Of a stretch of 64,000 nt of DNA, positions 51,740-60,534 are shown one piece after another. The number at the start of each line of letters is the position of its first letter. Position 1 is the stretch's first letter. The notes under the pieces were generated by a model, which worked only from the letters and a program-made list of their open reading frames with translations, was not told the DNA's origin and ran no database searches. The DNA comes from Paludibacteraceae bacterium (GTDB lineage Bacteria; Bacteroidota; Bacteroidia; Bacteroidales; Paludibacteraceae), in assembly GCA_017448985.1 (NCBI GenBank), contig JAFSKL010000010.1, forward strand, positions 20,250-84,249, given 5' to 3'. A program made the position numbers and the translations under genes.

Positions 51740-53383
51740 TTACTTCAAAGTGTAGTGTTTATGATTCCAAGCTGTTGATTTGATTCTGGGCAGCGTGATG
51801 ATACCCTCTTTGGGTTTCTTGCCGGCCAAGAACAATGCATATGCCACCGCCGCCATATCGTCAGATTTAGCAGCCGCAGGCTGAGCATTTTCAATTTTCA
51901 ATTTTCCATTTTCCATTTCAAGCCCCTTGCGCTTCGCAAGGTCTTGATTGAACTGCTCCTTCGCCAAGCCGCTCTTGTACTCGCGGTACTGCTTGTCATG
52001 CATCGCGAACTCGAACAGCTCTTCGTCATCCTGACCGCGATCCCAACCGAGTTCTTTCATCTCTTTAATGTACTGCGGCAGTACATCCGGATAGAGTTTC
52101 TGCGGGTCGTCGGTATAGAACTCGAAGCCTTTCTCTTTGGCCAACTCGACGATTTCGGGAGCCAGCTCTCCGGGCAGTTTGCCGGCCTTGCCGAGGATCA
52201 TGCCCCACATAGCCGGATCCATACGCGTGAACGGTTTCTCGCCCATCGAACGGCTGAACAGGTTCATCAGCGCCGCGTTCTTCACATATTGGCTGAACGG
52301 CGTCACCAGACACGGCGTGCCGAGCATCGGCCATATACGCTGTACCTCGTCGAACAACTGCACGAGCAACTCATCCTCGCTCAGTTCCTTCTCGCCTTTC
52401 TTCTTCAGGTTCGCATTGATGGCAGCATGCATACCTTTGAGGTCTGCCATCAGACTACCCATCATGCCGCCGGGAAGACCGCAGCCGACTAACAGCGAAC
52501 TCATCAGCGCGTTCTTCGGGTCAATCCAATAGCCGAGGAAATCGTCGATAAACTCCTGCGTCAGGCTCCGCGCCTCCATGTAGGCTTTCATGTTGATGTC
52601 CTTCACCAGGAATCCCGCGTCGCGCAGCATCGCCTGAATAGTGATCACATCCGGATGTACCTTGCCCCAACTGAGCGGCTCCATCGCCACATCCAGTACA
52701 TCGCCGCCGGCTTTGGCCACTTCGAGCATCGAAGCCACGCTGAAACCGGGACCGCAATGTCCGTGGTACTGAATGATGATATCCGGATGTTTCTCCTTGA
52801 TGGCTGCCACAATCACGCCTAACATATGCGGACGACCGATACCGGCCATGTCCTTGAGGCATATCTCTTGCGCACCGCCTGCAATCAGCTGTTCCGCTAA
52901 GTTGATATAGTATTCCGCCGTATGCACTTTCGAATAGGTGATACACATCGTCGCTTGTGCGGTCATACCTGCCTCTTTCGCCCACTTGATGGACGGGATA
53001 ATGTTCCGCGGGTCATTCAGACCGCAGAAAATACGGGTGATGTTCGTACCCTGCGCATGCTTCACTTTGTACATCAGTTTGCGTACATCTGCGGGCACAG
53101 GGTTCATGCGTAGCGCATTTAGACCGCGATCCAGCATATGCGTTTGGATACCAGCCTCGTTGAACGGCTTGCAGAAGGTACGAACCGCCTGATTGGGGTT
53201 CTCGCCGTACAACAGGTTCACCTGCTCACTCGCGCCGCCGTTCGTCTCCACGCGGTCAAAACAACCCATGTCAATAATCACAGGCGCTACACGCGCCAAC
53301 TGATCTTTCCGCGGCACGTACTTACCACTACTCTGCCACATGTCGCGGTAAACAAGACTAAATTGAATCTCTTTCTTTCCCAT
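51740..53383 (-). CDS. Carboxyltransferase subunit of the oxaloacetate decarboxylase / transcarboxylase 5S type (no biotinyl domain visible)
   Basis: HMGL-like TIM barrel (RDMWQS, LKDMAGIG, QYHGHCGPG) followed by a PYC_OADA-like region. No AMKM biotinylation motif. In-frame heptamer array at 51896-51930. Confidence 0.75.
   Translation of the reverse strand: MGKKEIQFSLVYRDMWQSSGKYVPRKDQLARVAPVIIDMGCFDRVETNGGASEQVNLLYGENPNQAVRTFCKPFNEAGIQTHMLDRGLNALRMNPVPADVRKLMYKVKHAQGTNITRIFCGLNDPRNIIPSIKWAKEAGMTAQATMCITYSKVHTAEYYINLAEQLIAGGAQEICLKDMAGIGRPHMLGVIVAAIKEKHPDIIIQYHGHCGPGFSVASMLEVAKAGGDVLDVAMEPLSWGKVHPDVITIQAMLRDAGFLVKDINMKAYMEARSLTQEFIDDFLGYWIDPKNALMSSLLVGCGLPGGMMGSLMADLKGMHAAINANLKKKGEKELSEDELLVQLFDEVQRIWPMLGTPCLVTPFSQYVKNAALMNLFSRSMGEKPFTRMDPAMWGMILGKAGKLPGELAPEIVELAKEKGFEFYTDDPQKLYPDVLPQYIKEMKELGWDRGQDDEELFEFAMHDKQYREYKSGLAKEQFNQDLAKRKGLEMENGKLKIENAQPAAAKSDDMAAVAYALFLAGKKPKEGIITLPRIKSTAWNHKHYTLK
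51896..51930. repeat. Heptamer array x5 inside the carboxyltransferase gene
   Basis: CATTTTC AATTTTC AATTTTC CATTTTC CATTTCA. Encodes [12 protein letters not shown] on the minus strand. Confidence 0.9.
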
Positions 53384-53421
53384 TATCGTTGATTTTTGTT
53401 TCGTTCAAACCTTTGCGCCTG

Positions 53422-53453
53422 CAAAGGTACAACAAATATTTGGAATATACAAG
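53422..53453 (-). promoter_or_regulatory. Promoter of the carboxyltransferase gene
   Basis: Minus strand: CTTG, 20 nt spacer, TACCTTTG. Confidence 0.55.
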
Positions 53454-53469
53454 GATTTTGTACAAAAAG

Positions 53470-54654
53470 TCAAAATTTTTGTTTTTTTACATACTCGAAA
53501 AGGCGGGTGAGGGCTTGGGAAAGGATGTCTCGAGAGGTGGCGAGGTTGATGCGGATATAATGTTCCGCGCCGTACATCTCGGAGGGATTGAAGAGGACGT
53601 GCGCATCACGAGCCAAGTCATGACAGAAGGTCTCGGCAGAAACGTTGAGCGCCGATATATTGACCCAGGCGAGGTAGGTGCCTTCCGTCTCATGGAGCTG
53701 CAACATAGGCAAATGCTCATGGAGAAAATCACGGAGGAAACAGAAATTGGCATAGATATACTCGTTCAGTTCGTCGAGCCAAGCCTCCGACTCGTTATAC
53801 GCAGCGACCTGTGCAACTAAACCAAACGGATTGAGTCCGTTCACTTCGTGAATCTCCAGCGCGTGGTTGATCTGTTCGAAAAGTTCCTTGTTAGGCACGA
53901 AGATATTCGCACAGAGCAGTCCGGCCAAGTTAAAAGACTTGCTCGCCGATGTGCAAACACAGAAATCCGTATCGTTGATGACGATATTGGCGAAAGGTGT
54001 GTAAGGGTGTCCGGGGAAAGCAAACTCGCAATGAATCTCGTCGGAGAGAACAAAGAGATGTTCACGCCGCATGATATCCGCCAGCCGTTCCAGCTCGTCC
54101 CTATTCCATACGCGACCTGTGGGGTTATGAGGGTTGCAGAGGAGAAAGACATCCGCCTGCTTTGCCTTGCGCTCCACATCATCGAAGTCGATCTCAAAGC
54201 GGTTGTTGCGCAACACCAGCGCCGAAGGAACAAGTTCACAGCCCATATTCTCAATACACGAGAAGAAGCAGTTGTAGGCGGGAGTGAAGGTCAGGACACG
54301 CAATTGGCTGTTACAGGTCTGACCTAGCTCCTGGCTCTTGGCTTTTCGTTCCTTCAAAGCAGCCAAGATGGCAGAAATGGCAGGCACGACGGCAGTCGTA
54401 TAGAGAAGATTGTCACAACGGATTCCCTTCCATCCGTGCCGGCGTTCGAACCACGAAGCTACCGCATCGTAATTGGCCTGCGGCACGATCGAATAGCCGA
54501 AAACACCGTGATCCAAACGGCGTTGCATCGCGTCACGAATAGGTTGCGCCGCAGCAAAATCCATATCTGCCACCCACAAAGGCAAACAGCCTTGTGCCTC
54601 GTCCGAATCCCATTTATAGCAGTCGGAACCGCTGCGATTGACAAATTCCAGCAT
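53470..54654 (-). CDS. PLP-dependent aminotransferase class I/II, PatB/MalY-type cystathionine beta-lyase
   Basis: VADMDF, NPHNPTGRVW and SASKSFNLAG (PLP lysine) motifs. Confidence 0.8.
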   Translation of the reverse strand: MLEFVNRSGSDCYKWDSDEAQGCLPLWVADMDFAAAQPIRDAMQRRLDHGVFGYSIVPQANYDAVASWFERRHGWKGIRCDNLLYTTAVVPAISAILAALKERKAKSQELGQTCNSQLRVLTFTPAYNCFFSCIENMGCELVPSALVLRNNRFEIDFDDVERKAKQADVFLLCNPHNPTGRVWNRDELERLADIMRREHLFVLSDEIHCEFAFPGHPYTPFANIVINDTDFCVCTSASKSFNLAGLLCANIFVPNKELFEQINHALEIHEVNGLNPFGLVAQVAAYNESEAWLDELNEYIYANFCFLRDFLHEHLPMLQLHETEGTYLAWVNISALNVSAETFCHDLARDAHVLFNPSEMYGAEHYIRINLATSRDILSQALTRLFEYVKKQKF

Positions 54655-54658
54655 GCAA

Positions 54659-54679
54659 TTTTCTGTTTTCAGTTTTTAG
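54659..54679. repeat. Heptamer array x3 filling the ddh-patB spacer
   Basis: TTTTCTG TTTTCAG TTTTTAG. Includes the ddh stop. Confidence 0.7.
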
Positions 54680-55536
54680 ACTAAAGCGCGAACCAGTTGT
54701 TCCGTGGAACCCGGAAGGAGATCGATGGGACGAAGTTCGATCATGGTCCTGGCGCCAAACTCGCCACGCGTTTTCATCCGAAGGGCGGCACGGGCACAAC
54801 TGACCATGACCTGACCTGTCAGCGCCGGATTGTTAATGGCCATATTGAACTCAAAACGTTGATTGTGAGTCGTTCCAGACACGCCGTTCCGCACGAGATT
54901 GACACCGTGAGCGACATTATTGAGAGCCTCGACACTTTCGACGGGAATGACATGCGTCTCGTCATGCGCGAAATAGTCATCCGCCAAGAGTGCTGCTTCT
55001 ACGGTCTTGAAATCCGCTCCGGGTTCGAGTTCGACATACACCATCCGACGATGGATACCCGTGCCCAACGGGATAGTCATGGATAGTGCGTTCTTAACGC
55101 CCTTGATGGCTTTGGCTGCAACCGTATGACCCATCGAACGACCCGGACCAAAATTTGTGTAGGTCAATCCGTTAGGCGCCAGTGCCTGCAACAGAGCACG
55201 AATCATACTGTCGCTTCCCGGGTCCCAACCGGCGGAGAGGATGCTGACCGCCTGATGCGCCTGACATACGGCATCGAGATTGGTCCTTAAATCCCAAATC
55301 TGACCGTGAATATCGAAACTGTCCACAGTACAGATTCCTCGCGCAGCAAGGAGCGTGGCGAACTTCTGCACTTCGCGCGTCGGCGTACAAACGAGTACGG
55401 CGTCGGCATCGATGCAGTCCAAACAATCATTATGATGGAATACTCCTGCGAGTTCCATATCAGGAGCGGCTTTGACCGCCTCTTCTGCGGCACGGCCTAT
55501 ATTGCCATAACCTAAAATAGCTATTTTCATATGCAA
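54676..55536 (-). CDS. ddh: meso-diaminopimelate D-dehydrogenase
   Basis: KIAILGYGNIGR Rossmann motif and WDPGSDS and GPGRSMGH motifs as recalled for Ddh. Confidence 0.8.
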   Translation of the reverse strand: MHMKIAILGYGNIGRAAEEAVKAAPDMELAGVFHHNDCLDCIDADAVLVCTPTREVQKFATLLAARGICTVDSFDIHGQIWDLRTNLDAVCQAHQAVSILSAGWDPGSDSMIRALLQALAPNGLTYTNFGPGRSMGHTVAAKAIKGVKNALSMTIPLGTGIHRRMVYVELEPGADFKTVEAALLADDYFAHDETHVIPVESVEALNNVAHGVNLVRNGVSGTTHNQRFEFNMAINNPALTGQVMVSCARAALRMKTRGEFGARTMIELRPIDLLPGSTEQLVRALV

Positions 55537-55542
55537 TAAGTT

Positions 55543-55563
55543 TTCAGTATTCAGTTATCAGAG
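55543..55563. repeat. TTCAGTA-family array x3 in the MBL-ddh spacer
   Basis: TTCAGTA TTCAGTT ATCAGAG. Same family as 19692-19719. Includes the stop of the MBL gene. Confidence 0.7.
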
Positions 55564-57054
55564 TTCTACTGTTTCGCCTTTTTCGGGGATTGATATATTG
55601 CGGAAACCGGCATCGTGCAGATGTCCTTTGTAGGCCTCGGTAGCAGCTTCGTCACCATGGACCACGAAGGTCCGTTTGACACCTTCCACCTGCAGGCTGC
55701 GCGTCAGGTAGTCGATCATCTCCTTGTAGTCGCCGTGGCCGGAGAAGCCTTCTATCTTCGTTATCTGCGCTTTGATGCGGCGGTCCAAACCGAAGATGGA
55801 TATCCATTGGAGTCCTGGCTGTTGGATACGCGCACCTAAAGTGGTCGGTTCGCAATATCCCACGATAAGAATCGTACACCTTGGGTCGGATATATGGTTC
55901 GCCACATGATGCTTGATGCGTCCGGCTTCCAACATGCCCGAAGCAGAGATGATAATGCAGGGTTCGTCCTTATGATTGAGGGCTTTCGACTCGCGTATGT
56001 CGGTAATGTACCGGAGCGTATTGAAACCGAAGGGATCCGGATCGAACTGCATCGTGTCGCGCACTTCGTCGGACAGTATATCCGGATACATGCGGAAGAT
56101 CTGCGTGGCGTTAGTGGACATAGGCGAGTCCACATAAACGGGTATCTGCGGCAGTCGTCCGTCGTTGTAGAGTTGGTTGAGCACATAGACTATCTCTTGC
56201 GTTCTGCCGACAGAGAAAGAAGGTATCAGCAACTGTCCTTTGCGATAGACGCAGGTGTCCTCCACAACGCCGAGCAGCATTTCTTCCGTCACGAGTTCTT
56301 CGTCGTGGAGCCGGTCGCCGTAGGTCGATTCGCAAATGAGATAGTCACATTGTGGGAAGAGTTGCGGCGAAGGCAGTATATGACTGTGCGGACGGCCTAT
56401 ATCTCCCGTGTAGGTCACGCGTTTCCACACTTTAGCCTCTCCTTCCTCCTCCCCTAAAGGGAAATTTTTCTCCCCTCCTTTTAGGGAGGGGTTGGGGGTG
56501 GGCTTCTCATATATCTCCAGCGAGCAGATGGCTCCGCCGAGCATATGGCCGGAATTGGTGAAAGTGAGCAGCACATCGTCGAAGAGGCGGAAACGGCGGT
56601 CATAACTATATGTGACGAAATGCTTCATCGCCCGATTGACATCGTTCTGGTTGTACAGCGGCTCCACGAAATACTTCTTGCCTTTCTCTTTATGCGGATT
56701 CTGCCGATCGATCTTCTTATTGTACATACGCACGTCCTGCTCTTGAATGAAGGCCGTGTCTGTAAGCATGAGAGCACACAGGTCACGCGTAGCAGGCGTA
56801 CAATATATATCGCCCGTGAAACCCATCTTGACGATATAAGGGATCAGGCCTGAATGGTCGATATGCGCATGGCTCAACACCACACAATCTAGCGTTTTTG
56901 GGTCGAAACCCAAGTCGCGGTTCGCCGCATCCGTCTCCATGCCTTTACCTTGATACATACCGCAATCCAAGAGGATCGTATGCCCCGAATCGGTTGTGAT
57001 CAGATGCTTGCTGCCTGTCACTTCACGCGTCGCTCCTAAGAATTGAATTTTCAT
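55558..57054 (-). CDS. MBL-fold metallo-hydrolase with beta-CASP / RNA-metabolising domain
   Basis: LDCGMYQG, LSHAHIDHSG and C-terminal GFSGHGD motifs. Carries an unusual ~25-30-aa insertion encoded at 56435-56510. Confidence 0.85.
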   Translation of the reverse strand: MKIQFLGATREVTGSKHLITTDSGHTILLDCGMYQGKGMETDAANRDLGFDPKTLDCVVLSHAHIDHSGLIPYIVKMGFTGDIYCTPATRDLCALMLTDTAFIQEQDVRMYNKKIDRQNPHKEKGKKYFVEPLYNQNDVNRAMKHFVTYSYDRRFRLFDDVLLTFTNSGHMLGGAICSLEIYEKPTPNPSLKGGEKNFPLGEEEGEAKVWKRVTYTGDIGRPHSHILPSPQLFPQCDYLICESTYGDRLHDEELVTEEMLLGVVEDTCVYRKGQLLIPSFSVGRTQEIVYVLNQLYNDGRLPQIPVYVDSPMSTNATQIFRMYPDILSDEVRDTMQFDPDPFGFNTLRYITDIRESKALNHKDEPCIIISASGMLEAGRIKHHVANHISDPRCTILIVGYCEPTTLGARIQQPGLQWISIFGLDRRIKAQITKIEGFSGHGDYKEMIDYLTRSLQVEGVKRTFVVHGDEAATEAYKGHLHDAGFRNISIPEKGETVEL

Positions 57055-57073
57055 GATACTTTCAAATTTGGCA

Positions 57074-57105
57074 CAAAATTACAAAAATATTTGCATATAT
57101 GCAAA
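57074..57105 (-). promoter_or_regulatory. Promoter of the MBL/beta-CASP gene (half of a divergent cassette)
   Basis: Minus strand: TTTG (57102-05), 20 nt spacer, TAATTTTG (57074-81). Confidence 0.65.
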
Positions 57106-57121
57106 AAAAAGTGTAAATTTG
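57090..57121 (+). promoter_or_regulatory. Promoter of the S9 peptidase gene (half of a divergent cassette)
   Basis: TTTG (57090-93), 20 nt spacer, TAAATTTG (57114-21). Confidence 0.65.
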
Positions 57122-57141
57122 CACGATTTTTCTTAAAGACA

Positions 57142-59292
57142 ATGAAACAAATACGATTTTTTATCATGGCACTACTGGCTTTAGTTGGCGTTAGTTGCCA
57201 AAAAGCAGACGAGGGTAAGGCTCCTGTCACGAAGCCGCAAATCACGATCGAAGGCGGTCGTTTGACGCCGGAAGGACTCTGGGCGATGGGCCGTATCGGT
57301 AGCGTAAAAAGCGACATCGAGACAGGCTTGCTGGCTTACACCGTCAGCTATTACAGCGTAGAAGAAAACCGCTCGACGAGTTGGATTCGTGTGTGCAATC
57401 CTTTTGACGACATGAAGGTCGCTGATGAGTTCGTGGGCTATGAACCGGTGTGGTTCGGCTGTAGTGGCTGGCTGGCGTATATGCGCGGAGGACAGTTGTA
57501 CCTGCGTCGTGACGGCGAGGAAGTGAAAGTGCAAGGCGCAGACGACATCGAAGGTTTCCTACTCTCCCCAATGCGCGACCGGGTGATTTTGATCAAACAG
57601 GTCAAGACCGTTCCTACCACAGCCGACAAGTATCCTGACCTGCCCTTGGCGTCCGGACGCATATGCGAGGACCTGATGTACAAGCATTGGGACGAGTGGA
57701 CCGAGACCGCTCCGCAGCCCTTCGTATGCCCGCTGGAACTGACATGGTACGGCGAAGGCGAGCGTATCAAATCCGCCAAGATCGGCGAAGGCGTGAACAT
57801 ACTGGATGGCACCGCTTTCGAATGTCCGATGAAGCCCTTCGGCGGTATCGAACAGCTGGCATGGAACCCCAACAACGAAGAGATAGCGTACACTTGCCGC
57901 AAGAAAACGGGACTCGAGTATGCCGTTTCGACCAACAGCGATATATATTTATTTAATGTACGCACGCGCGAGCACACGAACATATGCGAGGACATCAAGG
58001 GCTATGACACCAATCCGAGCTATTCGCCTGACGGCAAATGGATAGCATGGCAGTCGATGGAGCGTGATGGCTACGAGAGCGACGAGAACCGCCTGATGGT
58101 GATGAATACAAAGACAGGTGAGAGGCGTTTTGTGAGCAAGGCGCTGGATTCGAATGTCGATGAGTTCGCATGGCTGGATGACGCGTCGCTGGTGTTTACC
58201 GCCTGCTGGCATGCCACGGAGCAGCTCTACCGTGTGGACTTGGAAGGACATATTGCCAAGCTGACTGACGGGCAATGGGATTTGGGTCTTGGCGACATAC
58301 AGGATTACCAGGCGTATCTGCTCGGGCACTCTATGCGCCAGGCGAACGAGATTTATCACCTCGATATCCGTGAATGGCTGCGTAAGAACCAAGAACAATA
58401 CGCCCACACGGAGGTTTATTACGACCAGCCGTTTGACACATTCAATCAGTTGTTAGCCCAACTGACCCACGAGAATGACAATATCTACGACCAGATTGAG
58501 CGTTCCACCGTTGTGCCTCGCTGGCAAAAGACTACCGACGGCAAACAGATGCTGACATGGATCATCTACCCACCGCATTTCGACCCGAACAAAAAATATC
58601 CGGCCATCCTTTATTGCGAAGGTGGTCCGCAAAGTCCCGTGAGTCAATTCTGGTCCTATCGCTGGAACTTCATGATGATGTCTGCCGGCGACTATATCAT
58701 CGTAGCGCCGAATCGTCGTGGTCTGCCCGGTTTCGGCAAGGCATGGAACGAAGAGATTTCCGGCGACTACAGCGGACAATGTATGCGTGACTACCTGACG
58801 GCTATCGATGAGTTCTGCACGGAGCCGTATGTGGACAAAGACCATCTCGGTTGTGTGGGCGCCTCGTTCGGCGGATTCAGCGTCTATTGGCTGGCCGGCA
58901 ACCACAACAAGCGCTTCAAAGCCTTCATCGCGCACGACGGCATCTTCAACCTCGAGATGCAGTACCTCGAGACGGAAGAGAAATGGTTCGCCGAGTGGGA
59001 CTTGGGAGGCAAGTACTGGGATAAGAGCAACGCAGTTGCCCAACGGACATACGCCAACAGCCCGCATAAGTTTGTTGATAAATGGGACACGCCTATTCTG
59101 TGCATCCATGGTGAGCGGGACTATCGTATTCTCGCCAATCAGGGCATGGCTGCCTTTGATGCTGCCAAGATGCGTGGCGTTCCGGCGGAACTGCTTATTT
59201 TCCCGGACGAGAACCACTGGGTACTCAAACCGCAGAACGGCATTCTCTGGCAACGCGAATTCAGGAACTGGTTAGACCGCTGGCTGAAATGA
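57142..59292 (+). CDS. S9 family serine peptidase (prolyl oligopeptidase/dipeptidyl peptidase-like)
   Basis: Lipoprotein signal (LLALVGVSCQ), beta-propeller region, catalytic GASFGG serine motif and C-terminal DENHW. Confidence 0.85.
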   Translation: MKQIRFFIMALLALVGVSCQKADEGKAPVTKPQITIEGGRLTPEGLWAMGRIGSVKSDIETGLLAYTVSYYSVEENRSTSWIRVCNPFDDMKVADEFVGYEPVWFGCSGWLAYMRGGQLYLRRDGEEVKVQGADDIEGFLLSPMRDRVILIKQVKTVPTTADKYPDLPLASGRICEDLMYKHWDEWTETAPQPFVCPLELTWYGEGERIKSAKIGEGVNILDGTAFECPMKPFGGIEQLAWNPNNEEIAYTCRKKTGLEYAVSTNSDIYLFNVRTREHTNICEDIKGYDTNPSYSPDGKWIAWQSMERDGYESDENRLMVMNTKTGERRFVSKALDSNVDEFAWLDDASLVFTACWHATEQLYRVDLEGHIAKLTDGQWDLGLGDIQDYQAYLLGHSMRQANEIYHLDIREWLRKNQEQYAHTEVYYDQPFDTFNQLLAQLTHENDNIYDQIERSTVVPRWQKTTDGKQMLTWIIYPPHFDPNKKYPAILYCEGGPQSPVSQFWSYRWNFMMMSAGDYIIVAPNRRGLPGFGKAWNEEISGDYSGQCMRDYLTAIDEFCTEPYVDKDHLGCVGASFGGFSVYWLAGNHNKRFKAFIAHDGIFNLEMQYLETEEKWFAEWDLGGKYWDKSNAVAQRTYANSPHKFVDKWDTPILCIHGERDYRILANQGMAAFDAAKMRGVPAELLIFPDENHWVLKPQNGILWQREFRNWLDRWLK

Positions 59293-60011
59293 AATACACC
59301 TACGAATATGAGATGAAGTACCAGGAGTCAGATGCGCATAAGAAAGTGCGTTTGTACCACCTGGAAGAATACTTGCTGGAAGTGGCTGGCAAGGCGGCGG
59401 ACGACTTGGGATACGGTATTGCTGCCATGCATCCGAGAGGGCTGGGATGGATACTGACGAGGCTGTCACTCGAGATGTATGAGCTGCCGAGACATAATGA
59501 CCGGATACGGTTCGAGACATGGATAGAATCCAATGCACATATGCTCAGTACGCGTGATTTTCGCCTCTTCCTCGGTGACCGCCTTATCGGGCAATGCAAG
59601 TCCGTTTGGGCAGTTCTCGACTTGCAGAAACGCGAGCTCGTCAATATCTTCGACGAACCGATTTTCGAAGGCTGCGTGGACGGCGAGGTGATCGACATGC
59701 CGCGTGTACGGATGACGACCATTCCCGAACCCACAGGCTGCGTACCGCATAAGATCGTCTATTCGGACATCGACTATAACGGACATTGCAACAGCTGCCG
59801 TTACCTGCAGGCCATGACCGATGCCTTCCTGCCCGACTACTACGGAAAGAAAGTGCGCCTGGATATCAACTATTCAAAGGAAGTGATGCTTGGCGAGGAA
59901 CTGCAGACATTCTATCTCGTTTCGTCCGACGGTGTGCAATACCAACAGAAGAACCAAAGCGGCGAGACCTCGTGCTCAGCCAAGATTTCAATTAGCGAAT
60001 TAGAGAATTAG
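59289..60011 (+). CDS. Acyl-ACP thioesterase
   Basis: Double hot-dog layout. YSDIDYNGHCNSCRYLQ is typical of the FatA/B-like bacterial acyl-ACP thioesterase family. Overlaps the previous stop by 4 nt. Confidence 0.75.
   Translation: MKYTYEYEMKYQESDAHKKVRLYHLEEYLLEVAGKAADDLGYGIAAMHPRGLGWILTRLSLEMYELPRHNDRIRFETWIESNAHMLSTRDFRLFLGDRLIGQCKSVWAVLDLQKRELVNIFDEPIFEGCVDGEVIDMPRVRMTTIPEPTGCVPHKIVYSDIDYNGHCNSCRYLQAMTDAFLPDYYGKKVRLDINYSKEVMLGEELQTFYLVSSDGVQYQQKNQSGETSCSAKISISELEN
59988..60011. repeat. 8-mer array x3 at the thioesterase 3' end
   Basis: TCAATTAG CGAATTAG AGAATTAG. Encodes ISELEN-stop. Confidence 0.7.
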
Positions 60012-60015
60012 AGAT

Positions 60016-60501
60016 ATGGAAATTCAAGAAAACAACACACTATTGAAGCGTCCGGCGGAATTGGAATGTGATGTTGTGCGCTTCCAAAACCAGAAAGACA
60101 AATGGATAGCGTTTGTCGGTTTGAAGGATGGTAGGCCGTACGAGATCTTCACGGGTCTGGCGGATGACGAGATGGGTATCGCGTTGCCCAAGTCCGTGAC
60201 CAAAGGCAAGATTCTCAAAGTGGTACAGGAGGACGGCACGAAGCGGTACGACTTCCAGTTCGTCAACACCCGCGGATTCAAGACTACCGTGGAAGGACTG
60301 AGCTATAAGTTCGACCGTGAGTTCTGGAACTATGCGCGTCTCATTTCCGGTGTGCTGCGCTACGGAATGCCCATCGACCAGGTCGTGCATATGATCAGCG
60401 GTCTGCAGATGGACAACGACTCCATCAACAGTTGGACGACCGGTGTGGCGCGTGTGCTCAAACGCTATATTCCCGGAGTCACCGTGGAAGATGAAGAATA
60501 A
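60016..60501 (+). CDS. Hypothetical 161-aa protein resembling the C-terminal segment of class II (B12-dependent) ribonucleotide reductases
   Basis: KRPAELECDVVRF...WIAFVGLKDGRPYEIFTG...YARLISGVLRYGMPIDQVVHMISGL follows the pattern I recall from the NrdJ C-terminal region (KRP..L.G..Y...T..G..YVT...DG.PFEVF ... RLIS..LR.G.P...). The C-terminal Cys pair is absent. Confidence 0.45.
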   Translation: MEIQENNTLLKRPAELECDVVRFQNQKDKWIAFVGLKDGRPYEIFTGLADDEMGIALPKSVTKGKILKVVQEDGTKRYDFQFVNTRGFKTTVEGLSYKFDREFWNYARLISGVLRYGMPIDQVVHMISGLQMDNDSINSWTTGVARVLKRYIPGVTVEDEE

Positions 60502-60530
60502 AAATAGAGACCCGCAAAGGTCTCTATTTT
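60502..60530. terminator. Bidirectional terminator between the RNR-like ORF and the RNase E/G gene
   Basis: AAATAGAGACC-CGCAAA-GGTCTCTATTT, an 11-bp perfect stem flanked by A/T runs. Confidence 0.75.
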
Positions 60531-60534
60531 CTAC

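Noticed and set aside
54328-54348. Possible heptamer array CTCCTGG CTCTTGG CTTTTCG inside patB (encoding part of KERKAKSQELG)
   Set aside because: There are only three degenerate units, and I cannot tell whether the peptide is an insertion. This is too weak to call.
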